A stretch of DNA of 64,000 nt from Flavobacteriales bacterium. GTDB taxonomy: Bacteria > Bacteroidota > Bacteroidia > Flavobacteriales > JASBRU01. Each line of letters opens with the position of its first letter. Position 1 is the first letter of the stretch. This document shows, in pieces, positions 37,463 to 47,702 of the stretch. The notes below the pieces were generated by a model. The model did no database searches. It was given only the letters and a program-made list of their open reading frames with translations, and was not told where the DNA came from. Position numbers and translations under genes: made by a program. The DNA lies in the NCBI GenBank assembly GCA_030149285.1, contig JASBRU010000003.1, positions 1-64,000 on the forward strand, in the 5' to 3' direction.

Positions 37463-38011
37463 TTAATCCTTATCAAAAAAACTTTCTATTTTCTTTACTG
37501 CATGATGATAAGAAGCTTTTAATGAGCCTACACTTGTGCCCAGTACTTCAGAGATTTCCTCATACTTCATATCATCATAGTATTTCATATTAAATACCAG
37601 TCTTTGTTTTTCAGGGAGAGTTAATAATGCTTGTTGAAGTTTTAGCTGAATTTCATCTCCGCTAAAGTAGGTGTCGCTTTGTAAAGTATTGGCTAATGAT
37701 TGCTGTACATCATCAATAGATACGTTTTGTTCTTTCTTCTTTTTATTTAAAAAAGTGATTGATTCATTTGTACCTATTCTATACAACCAAGTAAAGAGCT
37801 TGGCATCCTCTCTAAAGTTTTCTAAACCTTTCCAAGCTTTTATAAATGTGTTTTGGGTTACATCATTTGCATCTTCATGATTTATAACCATACGACGGAC
37901 ATGCCAATATACACGTTGTTGGTATATATGAACAAGTTGACGAAAGGCTTCGTCTTTTGTATCCTTTTGTTTGAACTTAGCTAAAAGTTCTTTGTCAGTT
38001 ATTTCTTTCAT
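37463..38011 (-). CDS. RNA polymerase ECF-type sigma-70 factor
   Basis: Region 2 (FRQLVHIYQQRVYWHVRRMV...DVTQNTFIKAW) and region 4 HTH (YDDMKYEEISEVLGTSVGSLKASYHHAVKKI). 182 aa. Confidence 0.85.
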   Translation of the reverse strand: MKEITDKELLAKFKQKDTKDEAFRQLVHIYQQRVYWHVRRMVINHEDANDVTQNTFIKAWKGLENFREDAKLFTWLYRIGTNESITFLNKKKKEQNVSIDDVQQSLANTLQSDTYFSGDEIQLKLQQALLTLPEKQRLVFNMKYYDDMKYEEISEVLGTSVGSLKASYHHAVKKIESFFDKD

Positions 38012-38050
38012 TCAACCGGTTAGTGATGGTTCCGGCGAAAACAAGATACG

Positions 38051-39004
38051 TTATTTACGAGAGATAGCTTTTTCTGCAGCAGCTACAATAGCATTTGCAT
38101 TTAAGCCATATTTTTCCATTAATTGAGCAGGTGTTCCGCTTTCTCCAAAACTATCATTTACTCCTACATATTCAATAGGAGTAGGTAAGTTTCTGCTTAA
38201 TAATTGAGAAATACTATCGCCCAAGCCTCCATTTAGTTGATGTTCTTCTGCAGATACAGTACATCTTGTTTTGCGCACTGATTGTAAGACTGCATCATCA
38301 TCTAAAGGTTTAATGGTGTGGATATTTATTATTTCTGCACTAATGCCTTTTTCATTTAATATTTTGGCAGCTTCTAATGCTTCCCATACTAGATGACCAG
38401 TAGCAAAAATACTTACATCAGCTCCTTCACTAAGTAGTAATGCTTTCCCAATTTCAAACTTTTGGTCAGCAGGAGTGAAGTTAGCAACTTTTGGCCGTCC
38501 AAACCTTAAATATACAGGACCATTATGTTCTGCTATAGCTATTGTAGCAGCTTTTGTTTGGTTAAAGTCACAAGGATTGATAACAGTCATACCTGGCAAC
38601 ATTTTCATCAAGCCAATGTCTTCTAATATCTGATGTGTAGCACCATCTTCACCTAATGTTAAGCCAGCGTGTGAAGCACAAATTTTTACATTTTTACCAG
38701 AGTAAGCAATTGATTGACGAATTTGGTCATATACTCTACCAGTAGAGAAGTTTGCAAAAGTACCGGTAAATGGAATTTTACCGCCTATAGTAAGTCCTGC
38801 AGCTATTCCCATCATATTTGCCTCAGCAATACCAACTTGCTTAAAGCGTTCAGGAAACTCATCGGCAAAAGCGTTCATTTTTAATGAACCAGTTAAATCA
38901 GCACACAGTGCTACAACATCTGGGTTGTTTCTACCAAGTTCTAGTAAACCTTCTCCAAAACCTGAACGAGTATCTTTGCTTCCTTGATCGGTATAAGTTG
39001 TCAT
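38051..39004 (-). CDS. Transketolase, C-terminal (pyrimidine-binding + C-terminal domain) subunit
   Basis: GIAEANMMGIAAGL, FTGTFANFS and the C-terminal domain of split transketolases. 317 aa. Confidence 0.88.
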   Translation of the reverse strand: MTTYTDQGSKDTRSGFGEGLLELGRNNPDVVALCADLTGSLKMNAFADEFPERFKQVGIAEANMMGIAAGLTIGGKIPFTGTFANFSTGRVYDQIRQSIAYSGKNVKICASHAGLTLGEDGATHQILEDIGLMKMLPGMTVINPCDFNQTKAATIAIAEHNGPVYLRFGRPKVANFTPADQKFEIGKALLLSEGADVSIFATGHLVWEALEAAKILNEKGISAEIINIHTIKPLDDDAVLQSVRKTRCTVSAEEHQLNGGLGDSISQLLSRNLPTPIEYVGVNDSFGESGTPAQLMEKYGLNANAIVAAAEKAISRK

Positions 39005-39006
39005 AA

Positions 39007-40407
39007 TTACATTTTTATTATAGACGTGCTGCCTGATGAAATACTAAATTTTTTCTCTTTTGTATAAATACTTGCCTTTGATGCTCCCGGCCTGAAAATT
39101 AAAACATAATTACCAGGCTGTAATACTACATTTTGCCTGCTTTCACCCTCTGTTAGGTTGTAAACCCATTCCAGTTTATCTCCTCTTTCTAAGAAAATAG
39201 CACCATAGCCTGTAACTCCTAAGTTTATAGTTGCTATACCAGGTGGGGGTATGGCAATTTTTGTAGTATAGCTTTGATTAATCTCTACATCATTTTGGAT
39301 GTATCGGGGGAGGGTAAGTATTTCGATATCATATTTACCCACTAAGTATTTTTCTGTTGTATTAAAGTCTTGCACATTAAGCGTGCGCATTTCGCCACCT
39401 TTTCTAACTATACATTTAAGATCGTTATACCCATTTCGTTGATTAACGCTTAACTGTAACTCACCACGAGGGGTGTTTATGCCAATTGTATTATGTGTAC
39501 CAGGTACAATTTTAATACTGTCTTTAGATACAGGAGGGATGGTGTGTACTGTAAGACTGTATGTAATTAATGGATCTAAGATTAGAGTATCAGGTACTCC
39601 ATTGTGGTTAAGGGTATGAATAAAGTTGTACTTAATAGCACCTGTATTCATATCATATAGGGTCATTGCTACATCAGTTTCTGTAGGTAAACCTCTTTTG
39701 TCTAATAAGTTTATTTGCGCAGTAGTGTTATTTAGTGCTTGAGAGATAACAATTCCCAATACATTTTCAAAAGTCTTTTCGTCTGACGCATCAAAGTACT
39801 GTCCAACACATTCAAAAGTTTTTTTAAACTCTACATCTAAACCAATACCAATAACAAAGGGTTTTAATGCAATTCCCTTTTTTTGTAAGGCTCTAGATAC
39901 TGCACACGGGTCTCCATCACAAGCCTCAACCCCGTCTGTAATTAGTATAATTATGTTTCTACAATTATCACAGGTAGGAAAATCTCTTGCAGCTCTTTCT
40001 AAAGAGTAGGCAATAGGTGTGGTTCCTTTTGGAGTAATAGATTTTAGCTTTCTTTTAATTGTATTAATGTTTCCCGGAGCAAAAGGAACTTCAAGCTTAC
40101 TATCATCACATCGTTGTGGTGGAACAGGGTATTGATGCCCATAAACTCTTAGTGCTATTTCAAATGCTCTGTTATCTACTGTAGCAAGACTATCAAGCAT
40201 TTTAGCCATTAACTTTTGGGCAATATCAATCTTAGAGCCGCTTTCCCATCTAGAAAACATGCTTTGTGAACCATCAAAAACAAATAGAATACGTGTTAGT
40301 CTATCTTCTTCTGTGGTTACAGTAGTATTAGTTTGCGAAAAAGCAGTAGTACTTCCTGCAATCAATACTATAAAAAGTAATATGTATTTATTTATGGCTT
40401 TACTCAT
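39007..40407 (-). CDS. Secreted von Willebrand factor type-A (vWA) domain protein
   Basis: Signal peptide MSKAINKYILLFIVLIAGSTTAFSQ. MIDAS motif ILFVFDGSQSMF (DxSxS) plus downstream T and D of the MIDAS. ~250-aa C-terminal region of unknown fold. Confidence 0.75.
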   Translation of the reverse strand: MSKAINKYILLFIVLIAGSTTAFSQTNTTVTTEEDRLTRILFVFDGSQSMFSRWESGSKIDIAQKLMAKMLDSLATVDNRAFEIALRVYGHQYPVPPQRCDDSKLEVPFAPGNINTIKRKLKSITPKGTTPIAYSLERAARDFPTCDNCRNIIILITDGVEACDGDPCAVSRALQKKGIALKPFVIGIGLDVEFKKTFECVGQYFDASDEKTFENVLGIVISQALNNTTAQINLLDKRGLPTETDVAMTLYDMNTGAIKYNFIHTLNHNGVPDTLILDPLITYSLTVHTIPPVSKDSIKIVPGTHNTIGINTPRGELQLSVNQRNGYNDLKCIVRKGGEMRTLNVQDFNTTEKYLVGKYDIEILTLPRYIQNDVEINQSYTTKIAIPPPGIATINLGVTGYGAIFLERGDKLEWVYNLTEGESRQNVVLQPGNYVLIFRPGASKASIYTKEKKFSISSGSTSIIKM

Positions 40408-40412
40408 TGTGC

Positions 40413-41261
40413 TTAGTAATCACCAATTGTTTCAGGTAATTGTTCAAGAGCCATGCCAAGTTGTTCATCATTAGGGGCAACACCATGCCATTTATGAGTT
40501 CCCATCATAAAGTCTATGCCAGCACCCATTTCTGTTTTTAGTAAAATACATACAGGTTTTCCTTTACCTGTTCTGCTTTTTGCGTTTTCTAAACCTGTAA
40601 TTACTTGCTCTATATCATTTCCATCAGCAATTTCTAATACATCCCATCCAAAGGCTTCAAATTTGCCTTTTATACTACCCATTGGTAATACATCATCGGT
40701 ACTACCATCTATTTGCTGACCGTTTAAATCTATTGCACTAATAAGGTTGTCTACTTTTTTAGCTGAAGCATACATCGCAGCCTCCCAAATTTGTCCTTCT
40801 TGTAGCTCACCATCGCCGTGTAATGTGTACACAAGCTTATCATCATTATTCAGTTTTTTCGCTTCTGCAGTACCAATGGCTACAGACATACCTTGTCCTA
40901 GTGAGCCAGATGCAATTCTAACACCGGGTAAACCTTCATGTGTGGTAGGGTGTCCTTGTAAGCGAGAATTTATTTTTCTGAAAGTATTTAATTCATCAAC
41001 ATCAAAATATCCTGCTCTAGCAAGTGTGCTATAAAAAACAGGAGAGATATGCCCATTAGATAGGAAGAAAACATCTTCGTTTATCCCATCCATCGTAAAG
41101 TTTTTAGGGTTGTGAGTCATTATATGATTATACAATGCAATAAAGTATTCTGTACATCCAAGTGAACCACCCGGGTGACCAGAGTTTACTGCGTGTACCA
41201 TTCTTACAATGTCTCTTCTGGTTTGCGAACAAAGATCTTTTAACTCTTGAATTGAAGCCAT
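40413..41261 (-). CDS. Transketolase, N-terminal (thiamine-diphosphate-binding) subunit
   Basis: GHPGGSLG, TLHGDGELQEG (TPP/Mg binding GDG...N region), SNGHISPVFY. 282 aa. Confidence 0.88.
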   Translation of the reverse strand: MASIQELKDLCSQTRRDIVRMVHAVNSGHPGGSLGCTEYFIALYNHIMTHNPKNFTMDGINEDVFFLSNGHISPVFYSTLARAGYFDVDELNTFRKINSRLQGHPTTHEGLPGVRIASGSLGQGMSVAIGTAEAKKLNNDDKLVYTLHGDGELQEGQIWEAAMYASAKKVDNLISAIDLNGQQIDGSTDDVLPMGSIKGKFEAFGWDVLEIADGNDIEQVITGLENAKSRTGKGKPVCILLKTEMGAGIDFMMGTHKWHGVAPNDEQLGMALEQLPETIGDY

Positions 41262-41410
41262 AGCTGCTAGATAATTTTTGTGCTACAAATGTACTTGTTA
41301 TAATAGGTTTTTATAGCCTGCTGTTGAAAAGTTTTGAAAACTGTAAAAACCCATTCTTTTCGCAAAGATATAGCTATATTTGCCGCTCAAAAATATAATA
41401 TGTTTTTACT

Positions 41411-42502
41411 ATGAAGTGTGGTATTGTAGGCTTACCTAATGTTGGAAAATCAACTTTATTTAACTGTTTGTCTAGTGCAAAGGCACAATCAGCAAACTTT
41501 CCTTTTTGCACCATTGAACCAAATATTGGTGTAATTACTGTGCCTGATGAGCGCTTAAATAAATTGGAGGAGCTAGTACAACCACAACAAGTACAACCTG
41601 CTACAGTAGAAATTGTAGATATTGCGGGTTTAGTAAAAGGTGCAAGCAAAGGTGAGGGATTAGGAAATAAATTTTTGGCAAACATTAGAGAAACCAATGC
41701 CATTATACATGTGTTGCGTTGCTTTGAGAATGATAATATTGTTCATGTTGATGGTTCTGTAGATCCGGTAAGAGATAAAGAGACAATAGACATAGAGCTT
41801 CAGTTGAAAGATTTAGAAGCAGTAGAAAAGAAGTTAGATAAGTATAAAAAGCTATCTAGAACAGGTGATAAAAGCTCTTTAAAAGTAGTTGCAGCATTAG
41901 AAAAAGCAGTTGCACATTTAGAAAGTGGACAATCAATAAGATCTTTAAGTTTAACTGAAGATGAGCAAGAGTATCTATCTGATTTACATTTGTTAACAGG
42001 TAAGCCTGTGTTGTATGTTTGTAATGTTGATGAAGGTTCTGTGCAGTCTGGAAATAAACATACAGAAGCTGTTAAAGAGGCAGTGAAAGATGAAGATGCA
42101 GAACTACTAATTTTAGCTGTTGCAACAGAAGCAGATATTGCAGATTTAGAAACCTATGATGAAAAACAAATGTTTTTAGAAGACTTAGGTTTAGAGGAAC
42201 CCGGAGTAAACAGACTGATTAGAAAAGCATATGATTTATTAAACCTGCAGACCTATTTTACTGCGGGTGTAAAAGAAGTAAGGGCTTGGACTATTGAAAA
42301 AGGTTTTACTGCACCACAAGCTGCCGGAGTTATTCATACAGATTTTGAGAAAGGTTTTATTAGAGCAGAGGTTATTGCTTATAATGACTTTGTTTCACAT
42401 GGCTCTGAAAACGCTGCAAAGGAAGCAGGTAAATTATCTGTACAAGGAAAAGAATATGTTGTTGCTGATGGTGATGTTATGCATTTCCGCTTTAACGTAT
42501 AA
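41411..42502 (+). CDS. ychF: Ribosome-binding / redox-regulated ATPase YchF (Obg-family P-loop NTPase)
   Basis: MKCGIVGLPNVGKSTLFNCLS P-loop, FCTIEPN, coiled-coil insert, C-terminal TGS domain (RAWTI.KG.TAPQAAGVIHTDFEKGFIRAEV). 363 aa. Confidence 0.92.
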   Translation: MKCGIVGLPNVGKSTLFNCLSSAKAQSANFPFCTIEPNIGVITVPDERLNKLEELVQPQQVQPATVEIVDIAGLVKGASKGEGLGNKFLANIRETNAIIHVLRCFENDNIVHVDGSVDPVRDKETIDIELQLKDLEAVEKKLDKYKKLSRTGDKSSLKVVAALEKAVAHLESGQSIRSLSLTEDEQEYLSDLHLLTGKPVLYVCNVDEGSVQSGNKHTEAVKEAVKDEDAELLILAVATEADIADLETYDEKQMFLEDLGLEEPGVNRLIRKAYDLLNLQTYFTAGVKEVRAWTIEKGFTAPQAAGVIHTDFEKGFIRAEVIAYNDFVSHGSENAAKEAGKLSVQGKEYVVADGDVMHFRFNV

Positions 42503-42537
42503 GCTTACATCTTAAAAACTTGTTAAAAACTCCCTTG

Positions 42538-42570
42538 TAGCATAGCCTTTTTCTCTATGCTAATTTTTTA
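42538..42570 (+). terminator. Rho-independent terminator of ychF
   Basis: TAGCATAG-CCTTTTTCT-CTATGCTA hairpin then ATTTTTTA. Confidence 0.55.
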
Positions 42571-42581
42571 CTTTTATCTCG

Positions 42582-42617
42582 GTATAGGCTAGATGTGCCT
42601 ATACTTTTCTATTTTTT
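42582..42617 (+). terminator. Second hairpin + T-run (tandem terminator or 5' leader structure of the parE operon)
   Basis: GTATAGGC-TAGATGT-GCCTATAC perfect 8-bp stem followed by TTTTCTATTTTTT. Confidence 0.35.
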
Positions 42618-42642
42618 AGCCCTTAAAAATTAAAATAACAGA

Positions 42643-44496
42643 ATGTCAGCACAGTATACAGAGGATAATATACGGTCGTTAGACTGGAAGGAACACATCA
42701 GAATGCGCCCCGGTATGTACATCGGAAAGCTGGGAGATGGCTCTTCACAGGACGATGGTATTTACATTCTTTTGAAAGAAGTGTTAGATAACTCTATTGA
42801 TGAATTTGTAATGGGTGTGGGTAAAACCATAGAAGTTTCAATTAGAGATAGAGAGGTAACCGTAAGAGATTATGGTAGAGGAATTCCTTTAGGTAAAGTG
42901 GTGGATGTAGCTTCTAAAATAAATACGGGAGCTAAGTATGACTCTAAGGCCTTTAAAAAATCTGTTGGACTAAATGGTGTTGGTATTAAGGCAGTAAATG
43001 CTTTATCAGAGTCTTTTAAAGTACAAGCAGTAAGAGATGGTCAAACAAAAATTGTTGATTTTTCTCGAGGGGAGGTTATTACTGATAATGATATTCAAGA
43101 GAGTTCTTTAAGAAAAGGTACCAAAGTAACTTTTGTGCCTGACGAAGAGATTTTTAAGAATTATAGATTTATAAGTGAGTACATAGAAAAGATGCTATGG
43201 AACTATGCTTACTTGAATACAGGTTTAACCATTGTGTACAATGGACAAAAGTTTTATTCTGAGAATGGTTTAAAAGACTTACTAAACGATAATTTAGATG
43301 GACCTGTATTGTACCCAATTATTCATTTAAAAGATGAAGATATTGAGGTAGCTATTACGCATAGTGAGAAGCAGTCTAGTGAGCAGTATTACTCATTTGT
43401 AAATGGGCAAAACACTACTCAAGGAGGTACACACTTAGCTGCTTTTAGAGAAGCCTATGTGAAAACTGTTAGAGACTTTTTTGGTAAGAACTATGATGCA
43501 GCGGACGTGCGTCAGGCAATTGTTGCTGCAATAAGTATAAAGGTTATAGAGCCTGTATTTGAGTCTCAAACTAAAACAAAGTTAGGGTCTACAGATATGG
43601 GGCCTGATTTACCTACGGTAAGAACATTTATTAATGACTTTGTAAAAACAAAGCTTGATAATTTTTTGCATAAAAACCCGCAGGTAGCGGAGGTAATTCA
43701 AAAAAGAATACTGCAAGCCGAGAAAGAGCGGAAAGACTTAGCAGGAATAAAAAAATTAGCTAGGGAGAGAGCAAAGAAAGCAAACCTTCATAATAAAAAA
43801 TTACGTGACTGTAGAGCACATTACCAAGACTTAAAACATGATAGGCGTTTAGAGACTACTTTGTTTATTACAGAGGGAGACTCGGCAAGTGGTTCTATCA
43901 CAAAGTCTAGAGATGTAAATACACAAGCTGTATTTAGTTTAAAAGGGAAGCCTCTTAACTCATATGGGCTTACAAAGAAGATAGTATACGAAAACGAAGA
44001 ATTTAACCTTTTACAGGCTGCTTTAAATATTGAAGATGGTTTAGACGGGCTACGTTACAACAATGTAGTGCTAGCAACAGATGCCGATGTAGACGGAATG
44101 CATATTCGTTTATTATTAATAACCTTCTTTTTACAGTTCTTCCCCGAACTCGTTAAGAGCGGTCATTTATATATTTTACAAACCCCATTATTTAGGGTTA
44201 GAAATAAAAAAGAAACAATATATTGCTACTCTGAGGAAGAGAGGAGACAAGCGCAACAGAAGCTAAGCGGAAAGGTCGAGATTACTCGATTTAAAGGACT
44301 TGGAGAAATATCACCAGATGAGTTTAAGCACTTTATAGGTAAGGATATTAGGTTAGACCCTGTAATGCTTGGTAAGGATACAACAATTGAAAATTTGCTT
44401 CAGTTTTACATGGGTAAGAACACCCCAGATAGGCAGGAGTTTATTATTGGAAACCTGAGAGTAGAAAAAGACTTGGTTGAAGAAGAAACGATTTAA
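42643..44496 (+). CDS. parE: Type IIA topoisomerase B subunit, most likely topoisomerase IV ParE (short, 617 aa)
   Basis: GHKL ATPase motifs ([37 protein letters not shown]), TOPRIM ([17 protein letters not shown]). Length and pairing with an 894-aa A subunit lacking a GyrA box favour ParE over GyrB. Confidence 0.75.
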   Translation: MSAQYTEDNIRSLDWKEHIRMRPGMYIGKLGDGSSQDDGIYILLKEVLDNSIDEFVMGVGKTIEVSIRDREVTVRDYGRGIPLGKVVDVASKINTGAKYDSKAFKKSVGLNGVGIKAVNALSESFKVQAVRDGQTKIVDFSRGEVITDNDIQESSLRKGTKVTFVPDEEIFKNYRFISEYIEKMLWNYAYLNTGLTIVYNGQKFYSENGLKDLLNDNLDGPVLYPIIHLKDEDIEVAITHSEKQSSEQYYSFVNGQNTTQGGTHLAAFREAYVKTVRDFFGKNYDAADVRQAIVAAISIKVIEPVFESQTKTKLGSTDMGPDLPTVRTFINDFVKTKLDNFLHKNPQVAEVIQKRILQAEKERKDLAGIKKLARERAKKANLHNKKLRDCRAHYQDLKHDRRLETTLFITEGDSASGSITKSRDVNTQAVFSLKGKPLNSYGLTKKIVYENEEFNLLQAALNIEDGLDGLRYNNVVLATDADVDGMHIRLLLITFFLQFFPELVKSGHLYILQTPLFRVRNKKETIYCYSEEERRQAQQKLSGKVEITRFKGLGEISPDEFKHFIGKDIRLDPVMLGKDTTIENLLQFYMGKNTPDRQEFIIGNLRVEKDLVEEETI

Positions 44497-44978
44497 TGAG
44501 AATTAATAACAGAAGAGTAAGAAGCTCATTTAGGCTGCTATATATCTTAGTAGTCTTAGCTTTTATATTTGATTTGGTTACAATCAATATAGAAGGGTCT
44601 TTCTCTGAGTATTATCAAGGACATTATTTTTGGCCAATATTTATAGGTGGTTTTTTACTTTTTAGGTGGATTGGCTTACCGCATTTTGAATATGATAGTG
44701 ATGGGGAAGCGTTAGTCTTTAGGTCTAGAGCTCCATACTTTAGTGAGAATATTTCTTTTTTAAGAAAGGTAGCAGAGTTCCCGAAACAGAAATTATATAA
44801 TTTTTCTGTAGAACGGTTTTTGTTTAAGAGAACTTTAAAAATAAAAGTAAAGAGTAAAAATCATACTATAAAGTCATTGAAGTTTAATATATCGTATTTG
44901 ACTAGGACAGAGAGAAAAGACTTACAACGATCATTAAAAAACGTTTTACAAAAGAATAAGAAAAAACAAGAGAGTTAG
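44496..44978 (+). CDS. Hypothetical membrane protein inserted between parE and parC
   Basis: TAATG overlap with the parE stop. Two predicted TM helices (LLYILVVLAFIFDLV, WPIFIGGFLLFRWIGL) and a basic C-terminal tail. parC starts 4 nt after its stop. Confidence 0.5.
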   Translation: MRINNRRVRSSFRLLYILVVLAFIFDLVTINIEGSFSEYYQGHYFWPIFIGGFLLFRWIGLPHFEYDSDGEALVFRSRAPYFSENISFLRKVAEFPKQKLYNFSVERFLFKRTLKIKVKSKNHTIKSLKFNISYLTRTERKDLQRSLKNVLQKNKKKQES

Positions 44979-44981
44979 TAA

Positions 44982-47666
44982 ATGCAGGAAGAGGAATTGC
45001 AAGACCAAAACCCTGAGGAAAATCAGGATCAAGATAGTCATCATATAAAACGTGTATCAGGTATGTACCAAGACTGGTTCTTGGACTATGCATCTTACGT
45101 GATATTAGAACGTGCGGTGCCATCTATCTATGATGGTTTAAAGCCTGTTCAGCGAAGACTATTACATTCTCTTAAAGATTTAGATGATGGTAGATACCAT
45201 AAGGTGGCAAATCTTATAGGACATACCATGAAATATCATCCACATGGAGATGCTTCTATTGGAGATGCACTGGTACAACTTGGGCAGAAAGAGTTACTAA
45301 TAGATACCCAAGGAAACTGGGGTAATGTACTTACAGGAGATAGAGCTGCAGCACCACGTTACATAGAGGCTCGCTTATCTAAGTTTGCTTTAGACGTTGT
45401 ATTTAGCCCTAAAGTTACAGAGTGGCAAGCTTCTTATGATGGTAGAGGCAAAGAACCAGTAAACCTCCCTGTTAAATTTCCTTTATTATTAGCACAAGGT
45501 GTAGAGGGTATTGCAGTTGGTCTTTCAACTAAAGTAATGCCACATAACTTTATCGAGTTGATAGATGCGTCTATTAATGTATTAAAAGGCAAGAAGGCTA
45601 CTATATTTCCGGATTTTTTAACTGGAGGGATTGCAGATTTTTCTCAATATAACGATGGGTTAAGAGGTGGCAGGATAAGAGTTAGGGCTAAAATAAGCCA
45701 ATTAGATACGAAGACACTTGTTGTTACTGAAATTCCTTTTGGAACAAACACCTCTTCATTAATTGACTCTATTATTAAAGCTAATGATAAAGGAAAGATT
45801 AAGGTAAAACGTATTGAGGACAATACTGCAGAAAATGTAGAAATATTGATTCATTTGCCGGCAGGCCTTTCTCCAGACAAAACTATAGATGCATTATATG
45901 CTTTCACAGACTGTGAAGTGTCTATATCGCCGTTGTCATGTATTATAGAAGACGATAAACCAATATTTATTGGTGTAAGCGAAATACTAAAACGTTCTAC
46001 AGAAAATACACTTGAGCTTTTAAAACAAGAGCTAGAAATTCAATTAGGAGAGCTGCAAGAGCAATGGCACTTTGCATCTTTAGAAAAAATATTCATTGAA
46101 AACCGTATCTATCGCGATATAGAGGAGGCAGAGACTTGGGAGGCGGTAATTGAGGCTATTGATGAGGGATTAAAACCTCATATCAAGCATTTGCTTAGAG
46201 CTGTAACAGAAGAAGATATTGTAAGGTTAACAGAGATTAGAATTAAGCGTATATCTAAGTTTGACTCTAACAAGGCAGATGATGCTATTAGTGCTCTAGA
46301 AGGTAAAATAGAAGAGGTGAAGCATCATTTAGCTAATCTTGTAGATTTTGCCATTGAATACTTTAAAAATCTTAAAGCTAAATATAAAGAGGGGAAAGAG
46401 CGCAAAACAGAAATTAGAACCTTTGATGATATTGAAGCTACAAAAGTAGCTATTGCTAACACTAAGCTTTATGTAAATAGGCAAGAAGGCTTTATTGGTA
46501 CCTCATTACGTAAAGATGAGTTTGTATGTGATTGCTCTGATATAGACGATATTATTATTTTCCGTGAAGATGGAGTAATGATGGTAACCAAGATTGATGC
46601 TAAAACATTTGTAGGTAAAAACATCCTACACGTTGCAGTATTTAAGAAAGGTGATAAGAGAACTATCTATAATTATATATACAGAGACGGTGCACAAGGC
46701 TTTACTTATATGAAGCGTTTTGCCGTAACTTCTATTACTAGGGATAAAGAATACCATTTAACTCAAGGTAATAAAGATTCTAAGGTGCTTTATTTTTCTG
46801 CAAACCCGAATGGAGAAGCAGAGGTAGTAACAGTTTATTTAAGAGCCTTACAGCGCATTAAAAAGCTGAGGTTTGATCTTGATTTTGCAGATTTAGCTGT
46901 AAAAGGCAGAGGGGTTAAAGGAAACTTGGTAACAAAGCATCCTGTTAAGAAGATTGAGATGAAGGAGAAGGGAGTGTCTACTTTAGCTGCACGTAAAATA
47001 TGGTTTGATGATACGGTAATTCGTTTAAATGCTGAAGGTAGAGGAGAGCTATTAGGTGAGTTTTCTGCAGAAGATAAAATACTTACTGTAATGCAAAGTG
47101 GGTATTATAGGCTTACAAGCTTTGACTTGTCTACCCATTTTGATGAAGACATGATTATTATTGAAAAATGGGATCCAGAAAAACCAATTTCAGCCATTTA
47201 CTTTGATAGTGAAAAAGAGCGCTTTTATGTAAAACGCTTTTTAGTGGAGGACTCTGATAAGAAAGAGTTATTTATTAGTGAAGCGAAAGACTCTTATTTA
47301 GAAGTTGTTTCTACAGATAAAATACCGATAGCAGAGTTGGTGTTTGCAAAAGAGCGAAATAAAGAACAGAGAGAAAACCAAGTAGTAAACCTAGAAGAGT
47401 TTATTTCTGTTAAGGGAATGAAAGCTATGGGTAATCAGCTTACCACCCATAAATTAAAGCAAATAAACTTATTAGACCCAATTGAGCCTGAAGAAGAAGT
47501 TGAAGTAGTACAAGAAGAAGAGGAAACTGTTGAGGTGGTAGAGAATAATGAAGAAAAGACTTCGGTTGAGGTAGAAGAAAATACTGTTAAAGAAGAGCCT
47601 GATACCATTGAGGAAGAGAAAAAATCATCAAATAATGATAGTCCTGGGCAAACCACCCTCTTCTAA
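44982..47666 (+). CDS. parC: Type IIA topoisomerase A subunit, most likely topoisomerase IV ParC, with acidic C-terminal tail
   Basis: Catalytic tyrosine context AAPRYIEARL, breakage-reunion domain, C-terminal beta-pinwheel without a recognisable QRRGGKG GyrA box. Last ~70 aa are E/V/T-rich low complexity. Confidence 0.75.
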   Translation: MQEEELQDQNPEENQDQDSHHIKRVSGMYQDWFLDYASYVILERAVPSIYDGLKPVQRRLLHSLKDLDDGRYHKVANLIGHTMKYHPHGDASIGDALVQLGQKELLIDTQGNWGNVLTGDRAAAPRYIEARLSKFALDVVFSPKVTEWQASYDGRGKEPVNLPVKFPLLLAQGVEGIAVGLSTKVMPHNFIELIDASINVLKGKKATIFPDFLTGGIADFSQYNDGLRGGRIRVRAKISQLDTKTLVVTEIPFGTNTSSLIDSIIKANDKGKIKVKRIEDNTAENVEILIHLPAGLSPDKTIDALYAFTDCEVSISPLSCIIEDDKPIFIGVSEILKRSTENTLELLKQELEIQLGELQEQWHFASLEKIFIENRIYRDIEEAETWEAVIEAIDEGLKPHIKHLLRAVTEEDIVRLTEIRIKRISKFDSNKADDAISALEGKIEEVKHHLANLVDFAIEYFKNLKAKYKEGKERKTEIRTFDDIEATKVAIANTKLYVNRQEGFIGTSLRKDEFVCDCSDIDDIIIFREDGVMMVTKIDAKTFVGKNILHVAVFKKGDKRTIYNYIYRDGAQGFTYMKRFAVTSITRDKEYHLTQGNKDSKVLYFSANPNGEAEVVTVYLRALQRIKKLRFDLDFADLAVKGRGVKGNLVTKHPVKKIEMKEKGVSTLAARKIWFDDTVIRLNAEGRGELLGEFSAEDKILTVMQSGYYRLTSFDLSTHFDEDMIIIEKWDPEKPISAIYFDSEKERFYVKRFLVEDSDKKELFISEAKDSYLEVVSTDKIPIAELVFAKERNKEQRENQVVNLEEFISVKGMKAMGNQLTTHKLKQINLLDPIEPEEEVEVVQEEEETVEVVENNEEKTSVEVEENTVKEEPDTIEEEKKSSNNDSPGQTTLF

Positions 47667-47702
47667 TATTCGTTATATTTGTGAATACTTGAAAAAATAA
47701 CG

